Position numbers and translations under genes: made by a program
Notes under the pieces: generated by a model
What the model saw: only the letters and a program-made list of their open reading frames with translations
What the model was told of the DNA's origin: nothing
The model's database searches: none
Part shown: piece after piece, positions 11,876 to 22,637 of the stretch
How the letters are laid out: the number at the start of each line of letters is the position of its first letter
How positions within the stretch are numbered: the first letter of the stretch is position 1
Assembly (NCBI GenBank): GCA_010909165.1
Contig: VJWM01000172.1
Coordinates: 248,001-312,000 of the forward strand
Source of the DNA: Anthoceros angustus
Taxonomy: Eukaryota > Plantae > Anthocerotophyta
Length of the DNA stretch: 64,000 nucleotides
Direction of reading: 5' to 3'

Positions 11876-13926
11876 AAGGGTGGAATCGAAGAAGCTCCCG
11901 TGCAGCTGGAAATCGGGAGATGAGGGCACCCCGACCGCAAACCCAGAACGCGGAGGGAGCTTGAAATCGGCTCAAGTGAGCACGACCTCGAAGAATCAAG
12001 ACGTCCTGGCAAAATCTGCGGGCAAAAGCGGCGTAGCTCTTCAACTTGGTACCGTGCAACCTGCAGTAAGAACTTTGGATGCGTGGCTCTGTTGTGCCCA
12101 CTAACCACGGATTGTTTACGATTGATGGTTCGAGGCCAGCAACCTGTAGGAGTCGCGAGTCCCAGACTTGTAGCCGCTGCGATTCTCTAGCCTAGGTGCA
12201 CGCAAGGGTTGCGATATGTAGGCTTGGTTGCAGGCCTATTTGTGATTGCGGTTTGCAGGCCTCTTTGTCTTTGCGGTTAGATGGCCAGAGTTTTAATTCA
12301 GCATGTTGTTTTCGTGGTTGTGTGTACAGATGGCATCGGGCAGACGGAGCAAGGATGGGGATTTGTCCTCCCACACCCCCACCGGCAGCTTTCGAGGCGT
12401 GGCGAACGATGAGCAAAGCAACCCGTTCTTCCGCCTGGGAATGCAACTCCTGCAGGAGAGGAGTCGGAAGTGAGGTCTCCAGGAGATGGCGAAGGGCGCA
12501 GAAGGAGCAAGAAGGCCAAGACTGGTGGAGAAGGGAACACTCAAAAAACGACACAGAGCCAAGGTGAAGGACACAAACCTGGACCTGGTAAGCCTGTTGC
12601 AAAATCTGCAGGCAAAAAGTCTGGACAGGTTTCTGGGCAGGTTGGCGTGAAAGCAAGGGGTCATGTAGCTGGAAAGACAGCACCACAGGGTGCTGCAAAC
12701 AAAGTAGCACAGGTTGCTACTGCGTTGGCATGTGGTAGTAAGTAAGCAAGCGGGTCGGGGTGCGGGAAGGCCAATGGCAAAAGTCGCATGGAAGCCAACA
12801 TCCAAGCTTATGCGGGGAGCATCGCCGGTCGACAGGTGCAACTGCGATGAAACTTTGGATGCGTGGCTCTGTGCCCACTAACCACGGATTGTTTACGATT
12901 GATGGTTCGAGGCCAAGAACCGAGGAGTCAGCGAGTCCGGACTTGTAGCGATTCTCTAGCACAGGTGCACGCAGGGTTGCGATATGTAGGCTTGGTTGCG
13001 AACTTTGTGATTGCGGTTTGCAGGCCTCTTTGTCTTTGCGGTTAGATGGCCAGAGTTTTAATTCAGCATGCTGTTTTCGTGGTTGTGTATGCGGCATGGC
13101 ATCAGGCGGGCAAGGATGGGGATTTGTCCTCCCACACCCCCAGCCGGCAGCTTTCGAGGCGTGGCGAACGATGAGCAGGCCAAATCCCGTTCTTCTGGCC
13201 GCCCTGGGAATGCAACTCCTGCGGGGAGGAGTGAGGTCTCCGGGGAGATGGCGAAGGCGCGGAAAGACGAAGGCCAAGACCGGTGGAGAAGGGAACACTC
13301 AAAAAGCGACCAGAGCCAAGGTGAAGGACACAAACTGGACTGTAAGCTCTGTTACCGCTGCTGCAAAAGTCGACAGTTTAGGCGGTTGGCGTGAAAGCAA
13401 GGGGTCATGTGGGCGGAAAAGACCACGAGGTCTGCAAACAAAGTAGCACAGGTTGCTACTGCGTTGGCAGCATCAGCGGGTAAGTCCAAGGCAACGGGTC
13501 AGGGTGCAGGAAGGCCAATGGCAAAAGCTGCATGGAAGCCAACATCCAAGCTTATGCAGGGAGCATCAGCTTCGGTCAGCAAGGGTGCAACCGATGCAAT
13601 AGGAGATGCCCGTATCCCCTTACAACTACAACCAGAGCCTGACTGTGAAGAAGTTGCAAGATGTGACTCCCAAACGGATTTTGCTGGATAGGCAATGGAG
13701 CGTGGTTTTGCCTCCTTTCCCGGATGGAGAATCTGAATCCCCTCTCATGGAAGTGTGGGTGAATGGGTATGAAGGAGCCGATGAGAATCAAGCGGCGAGA
13801 GCCGGTTGGCTAATTTGGTCAGAGATGGGAAGCTACAGCGGGGAGATTGGAGTCAAGCTCTTGCTGACCATTGCGCCTGACGAGGTCCTGAGTGAGACGT
13901 TTGATGACTACAAGCAACTTGTTCTT
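11876..13926 (+). pseudogene. Opposite-strand coding insert: K/A/G-rich low-complexity tracts, duplicated PHD-like finger, small globular domain
   Basis: G-first codon bias on +; CRPICDC...CCFRGCVYRWH...SAWECNSC; KPVAKSAGKKSG tracts; ORF 13606-13950. Confidence 0.5.
12054..13591. repeat. ~780-bp tandem duplication with GTGCAAC microhomology
   Basis: GTGCAAC at 12054, 12836 (junction) and 13585; copies alignable by eye with many small indels. Confidence 0.88.
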
Positions 13927-13951
13927 CAGTTGGACAACCTGGATGCTGGCT

Positions 13952-14974
13952 TGTCAGGCTTCAGAATTTGCAGCTCATCCTTCACATATCTCACTTGCTC
14001 GATGAAACTCATTTTCTTGCACCGGTCCGCATTCACATTGTGATCCGTTGCCAATACTCGCATCTCTTGAGGTGTAAGTCCTGCATACACATGCCCCTCC
14101 ATATACTTGTAGTATGGCTTCTCGGAAATTGACAAGGCTCTTCCGCTGAAACAATGATTCTGCCAAGAACACCGAACCTGTACTCCCCCCTGTCGAACTT
14201 CTTCGTGCTCCAATCTTTCTTGCTCGAACACTGTTGTGGATCTACCATCACCAATATGGGAAGAACTCCCTCTTCTACTGGCCCTTTCCGCATCTGCCGC
14301 TCTAAGTAGCTTGCCCATGAGACATCCACCCTACGGATCTGCGCATCGTGGGTTAGGAAATTTGGACTGTGAAGGTACTGCAAGCCAATGATTAACGTGT
14401 TTTGCTGAACCTTCTTGTGGCTGGCACTCTCACGAATCCTGTTCAGGGGATCGTTGGACAAAATATCATGCTCCAACTCTTAAATGCATGCGACAGTGAG
14501 GATAGGCGGTGAAGTGGCCCTCTTCCTTTTGTTTCCTGCCTTCTCTTTTCCCGATTGACTCTTTTTGCGTTTCTCCTCTCCTGTAATTTTCTTTCTCCCT
14601 TGCTGTTGCTCCACTCCTTTCTCCGGATTCTTGGACACTGGGCTCAATTCCGCGTGATATTCCAGAAACAGCTCCTTCAAACGATGCCTGGCTCCTACTG
14701 GATCTCCACCCTCTCGTACGGGTGGTGACTCGTCACTGAATACCTCATCAGCATCCTCCTGATGCTCCGTTTGTTTGTTTTGCGGAGATTCAGCTCCTTC
14801 GGAGTTCTTCTCTTCCATCTCCACCTGTTCGTGTCCAGTAGAGGCATCATCTTCGGAGTCATTCACTTCATCCTCGAAAGCCACCTTCCGTTTGCTTGAA
14901 CTAGGCTGCTCGGAGGACAAAGCTTGGGAAGTCTCGGCAAATAGAAGCCTTTGTGGGCCTGTTCCTTTGCTCAC
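13952..14974 (-). pseudogene. N-terminal part of disrupted gene: acidic/basic disordered region plus ParB/Srx-like domain
   Basis: ORFs 14480-14974 and 14033-14476 share a frame with one TAA between them. IRRVDVSWASYLERQMR..PILVMVDP..YRFGVLG[R]NHC (1-nt frameshift near 14158)..VYAGLTPQEMRVLATDHN..KMSFIEQV resembles the eukaryotic GGNH-type ParB-like pattern. Confidence 0.6.
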
Positions 14975-15510
14975 ACGGCCGAGAAGAGGGCTGCCTGTGA
15001 TCTCGGATCATGTGCCGTTGGAGCTTGCAATAAAATGCCTCCCCATCCTGCACATATAAAATGCATAGGGAAGTCGTCACAACCCTAACAAAGCTTTAGT
15101 GGGCCTTTCGGATGGCCTTTGAATGTGTCCGTTTCGAAAGGCTGCTTCTGAAAGGCCCACAAAGTCACAGTAGAAATGAAACGACAGACTTACATCTTCT
15201 TCCAACAAAGCAGCCTTGAACTTTAACTTCAGTGGCTTGGGTTCGCAAAAAACAGGCTCAGCAGGATGCTTTACTTAACTTGATTGAAAGGCCTGCTAAC
15301 CTTCCTAACGTTTTGTGATTCTGCTGTATCTTCAGCACACAGGCTGATGTCTTGACAGCATCTTTAATCAATTGTCCCTTCCCTAGGATCATGTTTGTTG
15401 TGACTAACCTGTACATAAAATTCAGGCAGATCACGTATACACACATTAGTATTCTGAACTTATCACCTAATCTAATCACGATAAGAGTAGGTTAGTTCAC
15501 ATTTTACAAA

Positions 15511-16794
15511 ATGGGTGAGTCTTCATCCAATTCTGGTCACCTAAGTGGTGACGGTTTTAGGGAAAAGGATAGATTTGGAGGACAGGAATATGACATTTGG
15601 GTCATGAGGATGCAAGGAATTCTCCAGAGTAAGAGACTCTGGAGATTAGTCAATGGCGAAGAGAAGGTCGACACAACAAAGGATGACGCAACAAAGGAGT
15701 CATGGGCAGTCAAAAATGAGTCTGCCATGTATGTAATCAGGAGTGGGCTTACCTCTGACATGATGAGGCAGACCTCTGGATGTATAACAGCTGCTGATGT
15801 GTGGATTCGTCTTCAAGACCTGTATTCTGGCAACAATACAACAAGCCAGATGACAGCCTTGCGTAATCTTGAGAAATGCAAAATGAGAGATGGTGATCCA
15901 ATTGAGAAGCACATTGGAGTTTTCAGGAACTTAGTCTCAAAACTTGAGAGTGCTTCAAATGCCAGTATCAAGGATGATATGCTAACTTTGTATCTCATGC
16001 TCTCATTACCTCCATCTTGGTCACATTTTGTGACCTCATTGAATGCCTCACAGCTCACAGCTAGGAAACTAGCTAAGGCTGCTAATGTTACTCTCCCTGA
16101 GATGACATTTACAGAGTTAGTGGGAGCCCTTCTTGAGGAAGAGGCTACTAAAGGATCAGGAAAGGGCAAACAGCACGCCCTCTACACCACAAACCGAGGA
16201 AAAGGTGGAAAGCCTACCTTCCGAGGTAAACACAATTCTTCAGGTGGAGGAAACTTTCAAAAGGGCCTCTCACAGAAGAAATCCAAGAAGTTTGGAAAAT
16301 GCCACTGGTGCCAAATTCCAGGCCATTGGGAAAGTGAGTGTCGAAAGAAGCAGTCCGGAATACCTCGCAAGGAGGGCAATTCCACTTCCGAAACACATGT
16401 TGTGGTGAAGAAGCAATCCTCCCCATCAGCCCTGACAGTAGGGACTAGGGAGTTTGCTCATCCCCTTATCCTTCCCACCTGCTTGTCAGCAAAAACAGAA
16501 GTTAGACCATTTCATGGATGGTACCTTGACACAGGTGCAACTGCGCACATATGCTTCGATAGAAGTGCATTCATCACATATAAACCAGTTAAAGACCAAT
16601 TCGTTTACCTGGGTGACGATAGGTCCCTTATGTCTCCTGGTAGAGGTACAGTGAATCTTCCTGTTCCGTCAGGGATCATTCTGACTCTCACTGATGTATA
16701 CTATGTCCCAGAGATGACAAGGAACCTTATATCTGTTAGGAAGCTAAACATGGATAACAATTGTCATATCATGTTTACACCTACAAAATGTTAG
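15511..16794 (+). CDS. copia gag plus aspartic protease ORF (427 aa)
   Basis: Uninterrupted ORF with gag core, CCHC zinc knuckle and LDTGAT. Confidence 0.92.
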   Translation: MGESSSNSGHLSGDGFREKDRFGGQEYDIWVMRMQGILQSKRLWRLVNGEEKVDTTKDDATKESWAVKNESAMYVIRSGLTSDMMRQTSGCITAADVWIRLQDLYSGNNTTSQMTALRNLEKCKMRDGDPIEKHIGVFRNLVSKLESASNASIKDDMLTLYLMLSLPPSWSHFVTSLNASQLTARKLAKAANVTLPEMTFTELVGALLEEEATKGSGKGKQHALYTTNRGKGGKPTFRGKHNSSGGGNFQKGLSQKKSKKFGKCHWCQIPGHWESECRKKQSGIPRKEGNSTSETHVVVKKQSSPSALTVGTREFAHPLILPTCLSAKTEVRPFHGWYLDTGATAHICFDRSAFITYKPVKDQFVYLGDDRSLMSPGRGTVNLPVPSGIILTLTDVYYVPEMTRNLISVRKLNMDNNCHIMFTPTKC

Positions 16795-19700
16795 ATCATT
16801 GATGCTTTTGATCACCGTAAGGTCTTAGCTTATGGATCATCTGATCAAGACCTTTTCCGCCTTCACACAAATATTGGTGTTGCCCAAACCCACTTGGATT
16901 CACAGGCTCCAGAAGCCTCTACAAAACAGATTGAGAAAGCCAAGTTATGGCATGCCCATTTAGGTCATCCCCATAGTGCTAAGCTCCAGAAGCTAGCTAC
17001 TAGTGATTTTTATTATGATGGCAAGATAGGCACACTACCACCCTTACCTTTGTGTGAAGCGTGTGTGTTTTCCAAGCGTCACCAGGCAGCTTTCAAGAAT
17101 AAGACTCCACATAGAGCTTCCGAAGTTCTTGAATTGGTTCACACTGATATTTGTGGGCCTCTCTCACAGCCTTCCCTTGGTGGCAGTGGATATTTCCTTA
17201 CATTCACCGACGACAAAACACGTTTTGTTATAGCATATATCCTGAAGGCTAAGAGTGAATGTTTCTCTCTTCTCAAAGACTATTTGAAGTATGTAGAGAG
17301 ATGGACTGGAAAACAATTAAAGACCCTTCGATCTGACAATGGTGGTGAATACACATCTAATGAGTTTCAAGCCTATTGTGCAAATGAAGGATAGGTAGAC
17401 AACTTACCGCTGTATACACGCCACGTAATGGTGTAGCCGAACGCTTGAACCTCACTCTTCAAGAGATGGTTTCATCCTTGCTACATCAAGCTTCTCCGCC
17501 TCTTCCATCGAGGCTCTCATGACAAATGCTTATCTTACAAGCAAAGTTGCCTACTACGTCAGACGAGACACCTTTGAAGCTTTTGGCGTAAAAACCTTCT
17601 CTCCAACATCTTCGCACATTTGGATGTGTTGCTTATGCTTTTATTCCCAAGGAAAAGCGGAGGAAGCTATCTGCAAAGGCACAAAGACTTCTTATGATTG
17701 GTTATACTGAAGGTATCAAGGCATATAAACTTTATGATGCCTCCTGTGATAAGGTGGTCTACTCACGCAGTTGTTACTTTTGACGGCGTTTTTGGCCGAT
17801 GGGAGCTACTCCCACCTATGAGGAGGATGTCAATTTTTCTGCCCTTCCTGATGTCACTCTTTTTGATGATTCTACTCCCGCGTTGATTGCTCCTGCAGGG
17901 GGGGAAGAACAGCAAAATGATGAACAGGCAGTAGGGATAGAAAATTTGATTTTGCTGATCAGCAGCAGCAACCTCCGCCTATCATTCAGCCATACCCACT
18001 TGATCCAGCTGATGATGATGCTGATGATCCAGCCAACGACCTGGCCGCATCTCTGGACAGTGATTCTGATGATGTTCAACCCCCTGAACAGGATCGACAG
18101 CCTGAACGTCGTTATCCTACAAGGGAACGACGTGCTCCAGATTATTATCGTGCTCCAGATTTTAGAGCCACTTCTTCTCATGTTCACTTGCATTCTGCTC
18201 TGGATCCTATAGAGCCACAAACTCTCCAAGAAGCCTTGAGCAGACCTGATCACATCGAGTGGGAGAAGGCAATAAAATCAGAGTATGATTCATTGATTGA
18301 GAATGGCACGTGGGAGATAGCGAAACTGCCACCAGGCAGAAAAATGGTCTCATGTAAATGGGTGTTTAAGCTAAAAGTCAAGGCTGATGGTACCTTTGAT
18401 AGGTATAAGGCCCGGCTTGTTGCGAGAGGTTTCTCTCAAGTTCCAGGACTTGACTATTTTGAAACTTTCGCTCCAGTTGTAAAGCTAGCAACCCTACGTA
18501 CCATATGCGCTATATTAGCCTACAAAGATTATGAGCTGCAGATGTTTGATGTCAAATCAACATTTCTTAACGGCAAGCTTGATACTGAAATCTACATGCA
18601 GCAACCTCCTGGCTATGAGGTCAAGGGCAAAGAAGACTATGCTTGTAAACTTATTAAATGCCTGTATGGACTGAAACAATCAGCTATGAAGTGGAATGAA
18701 GAGTCGATGAGAACTACTAGCTCTAGGATTCACTAAAAGCAATCGATGGCGTTTATACATATACAGAAATGGAGACATCGTGTGTTACTTAGCTGTTTAC
18801 GTCGATGATCTCATTCTCTCCAGCAATAGCCAGGCTTATATTGACAAGATAACTGAACTCCTGGCAAAAAGGTTCAAAATGTCAAATCTAGGCCCACTTC
18901 AGAGTTGCCTTGGCATCCATATTCAAAGGAATCGACTTACCAAGGTTATAACTTTGATACAACCTAGATATTTGCTGAGACAGTGCTGAACAGTTTGGCA
19001 TCAAAGACGCCAAAGTTGCAGCCACACCTCTTCCTAGTGGTTTGAAGCTCAACAAGAGCATGTCACCTGTCACACAGGCTGATAAAGATCAGATGGTTAA
19101 TGTTCCATATAGACAAGGAGTTGGAAAACTCATATATGCTGCTAACACAACCAGACCTGAGGTAGCCTATGCTACTAGTGTCTTGTCCCAATACTTGGAA
19201 AATCCTGGACAAGAACATTGGAGCTGTGTCAAACGAGTATTCAGGTACCTAAAAGGGACTGCACACAGAGGTATAAAGTACTCTTACCAATTAGGAGCAC
19301 CTCTGGACTTGGAAGTTTACACAGACTCTGACTATGCCGGAGATATGGATACAAGGAAATCGCCTGTGCCACGTTGTTGGTGTTGCGGGGAGGACCCATA
19401 TGCTGGTCCAAGAAGAAATGCCAACAAGTGGCCTTGTCTAGCACCGAGGCGTAATATCGAGTGTTAACAAAGAAGCAAAGAAGTAGTTTGGTGTAAGCTG
19501 TTGTTCTCAGAGCTAGGGATTGACCTTCCAACCTGCACCATAATAAACACTGACAACCAAGGATCGATGGCCCTTGCTAAAAATCCCGTTTTCCATTCAA
19601 GGACGAAACATGTGGAAGTAGAGTACCATTACATCCGGGAGTTAGTAGCAGCAGGGACAATCGGACTTCAATATGTTCCAACGCAGGACAATCCAGCAGA

Positions 19701-20032
19701 TGTCCTGACAAAGGCACTTGGACGTGAATTACATGAAAAACATGTGAAGGGTTTAGGACTAGGAGAGTCAAGTACTTTCCTAGCTAATCCTACCTAATCC
19801 CTCAGTGCCACTGATGCCTTAGCCCCAGCTACGATTCTGACTGTCTGTCCCCGAAGAAAGCTCCTCTTGAGTGTCATTTGAATCATAATTTGTCGATGTT
19901 GATTCTGAAATGGAATCGGAGTAGCTTGAGGACATGTAATCCTCAGGGAGAACTTTTCTCTCCCCCAACTTGCTCACAGACCCTGTACAGCAAGACATGC
20001 GGACAGTCAATAATGTTCAGAAACAGTGGGAG

Positions 20033-20662
20033 CTAATTGGCAAACAATGGAGAATGGTCAGTGTGCTTACGATAATAGCTAACGACATGGTAAAGGAACT
20101 CTCCGCAATTGCACACATAGATTCTTTTCATCACTATACCAGTTTCGCGGCAGCGATACCATAGGGGGGAGTTTGGATAGGTAATCGACCCCAACGTCAC
20201 AATCGTAGTGTCTCTGATCAAGCTCCCATGAGGGAACTTCACTGGCAGGTCAGGCTTCTCTTCTCCTTTCTCGTACATGGCAACAGGACCAGAAAAGGAG
20301 TACTCTGGCAGTTGCTGGTGGATAGAAGACACATGGTTAGTATATGCAGCAGCACTCGGCCTGGAAGAAAAACCCATGTTTGATGCCGGAGGGCCAGCAG
20401 CGGCCGCGGCGGCAGCAGTAGACGCCGCCTCCACCTTTCTTCCAGCAGTCCGTAGATGCTGCCTCCACTTTCCTTGCAACTAACACAGCCCTTATTGTGC
20501 CCGAGGGCGGCCACGGGCTCTCTTAACCGGTGCTGAGCTTGATGCCACTCAACCTTTCTCGCAGACGAGGCAGTTGTCCTAGGAACCTTCTTTCCGGCAA
20601 AGCGGCCCTTGCTATCTCGGGTAACGACGAGCGGCCCTCACCTCCTCAGAGGAAGAAGACAT
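20033..20662 (-). pseudogene. Antisense extra ORF in copia-1 3' region (MSSSSEE start, AT-hook-like KRARGRPR)
   Basis: ATG at 20662, KRARGRPR at 20501-20524 and a 148-aa open stretch at 20033-20479; disrupted between them. Confidence 0.5.
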
Positions 20663-20917
20663 GTTGATCAGCTTATGTTCGAGCAACTCTCTAGCAAGGA
20701 TGATGAGCGTAAAAAGCGTGAACAACGTTATCGCGCACCTGGTCTCCAATGGCTTTTGGGCTGCTCGGTCCATTAAGTGCCGGGCGTAAGAGTTTCGGGG
20801 CGTAGCGCAGGCAGAAACGAGGCACTCGCAGCTGAGAGTCGGCATTGGCATCTCAGCTGGAGCAAGGGACTGGAGTTGGTAGTCGGACTGTGAAATAAAT
20901 CTCCCGAAATGATCAAC

Positions 20918-20926
20918 AAGTGGGAG
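20918..20926 (+). promoter_or_regulatory. Polypurine tract of copia-1
   Basis: AAGTGGGAG immediately before the LTR TG; same tract in copia-3. Confidence 0.75.
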
Positions 20927-21202
20927 TGAAGAAGTATAGTGTGTTGAGCATTTACGTGAATTAGGTTGCAATAATCAACATACGTAATCATAAGGGTAGC
21001 TGAAAATAAATGTTAGTAAGTACCTGTTCATTAGGGTTGCGCCTCATGGTGAACCGTTATGTCGTTTTAAGTTCTAGTTTAAGTAATGTCTTTTCATAAT
21101 AAGCACTTAAGCTTTTTCTTGATATACAATGATATATGTAATTACTAAATGAGTAATTGATCTACACTTATTCCTCTAATTTGTTACTTCCTGTCATCTT
21201 CA
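20927..21202 (+). repeat. 3' LTR of copia-1 (276 bp)
   Basis: Starts TGAAGA, ends TCTTCA (6-bp inverted termini); follows the PPT; homologous to 31061-31302. Confidence 0.82.
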
Positions 21203-21209
21203 TGAGGAC

Positions 21210-22637
21210 CTAATGTCCTCCTCTTGGCCAAACGCAACACTTCATGTTGGCCTTCAAAATCCTTTTGTGGAGATGAGCCCCCAAGCTATGATACTGCATT
21301 TGGAGATCATCAATCTCCGTGAGCCATTCTCCGTCCTCACATCTACCCTTGTAGGCATCTCTCGCTGTACTGGTCAATTCCCCCACCTTCACATGGAGGG
21401 TCGCGTTCTCCTCCCTTGCTTCTCTTAGCTGGTTGGCCATCTTTGCCTGAAGGGCATAATCTGCCCAGAATTTCCTCTTCCTTACCACCAGCATCCTGTG
21501 TACCACTTTCTTGTGGTACTCCTCCTCATGGGACCTCTTTCCTTCCAAGTCCCCTAGTTGCTGAGCAAGCCCTTCCCTCTCCGCTTGCCAAGCACTCTTC
21601 TCGCGCTCCAGCTCCTGCAATTGCTGGTCTTGAGCTTCCAGCTCCGCGCGCTTCTCCTCCAAATTATACCGGGTTCTTCTCAATTCTTCCTCCATGTCCC
21701 GGATTTTGATGGCTTGGGTAGCCATCACCTGCTCCTGCGCGTCCATTTGCTGGACCGCCACCTTCTCTCTTCCTAGAGCCTCTGTTTTGCCCTTCCGCTC
21801 TTGCTCTAACTGGGCAAAATGCTCTTCCGCCTTCTGTCTCCATGAGTCCCTTTGGGTGGTTGCCCGGACAGCTCTCTCCTCCGTTTGAGCCATCCTTCCC
21901 TCCAAGACCTTCTTCGCGCGCCGTTGATCCATAAGATCGCGCTGGAGCTTCTCCTCCAAATTATACCGGTTCTTCTCAATTCTTCCTCCATGTCCGGATT
22001 TTGATGGCTTGGGTAGCCATCACCGCTCTGCGTCTATTTTGGACCGCCACCTTCTCCCTTCCTAGAGCCTCTGTTTTGCCCTTCCGCTCTTGCTCTAACT
22101 GGGCAAAATGCTCTTCCGCCTTCTGTCTCCATGAGTCCCTTTGGGTGGTTGCCCGGACAGCTCTCTCCTCCGTTTGAGCCATCCTTCCCTCCAAGACCTT
22201 CTTCGCGCGCCGTTGATCCATAAGATCGCGCTGGAGCTTCTCCACAGCCTTTTCCAACTTGGCTGCCTTCTCGTCGGACTCCATCGCCTCCAATTGCCAT
22301 TTGGTCCCTGCCCTCCTCTCAGTCATCTCTTGGGCCTTATTTGCCCGGACTTCTTCTTGGCATGCCCACAAGGAGGCTGCTAGTTCCCTAGCCCCCTTCA
22401 AATCCACATGGCTGAGTGCTTCACAAGCACTCAGCAAGTCCCCTAGGGGCCCAAATTCCGCCTGGCCTCTTCGGAAATCTCAGCTCCCTCGTGCCATCGG
22501 CATCAGTGGGTCCCCTCACAGTCGCCCCATCCGCTCTTCCCTAGCTGGTGAGGCGGCTTGGCGCCGCTTCATGTGCCTCACGCCCCATCCGCCTTCCCTA
22601 GCTGGTGAGCGGCAGGCGCCGCCCTGTGCCTCGCGCT
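21210..22637 (-). pseudogene. Long coiled-coil ORF remnant, probably TE-derived, with internal 297-bp duplication
   Basis: E/K/Q/R-rich heptad-like ORFs 21210-21959 and 21976-22437; duplication with GCTTCTCC at 21650, 21947 and 22236. Confidence 0.6.

Larger units (their letters stand above)
15511..21202 (+). mobile_element. Ty1/copia element 1 (gag-PR-IN-RT-RH, 1.1-kb 3' extension, 3' LTR; no 5' LTR/PBS seen)
   Basis: CHWCQIPGHWESEC knuckle, WYLDTGAT protease, LWHAHLGH..CEAC, VHTDICGP..SDNGGEY, KWVFKLK..YKARLVARGFSQ, YVDDL, YTDSD, TDNQG..KHVEVEYH; IN precedes RT. Confidence 0.95.

Noticed and set aside
12192-13333. Minus-strand ORFs as a continuation of the ParB gene
   Set aside because: Their composition is the antisense shadow of the K/A/G-rich plus-strand frame.
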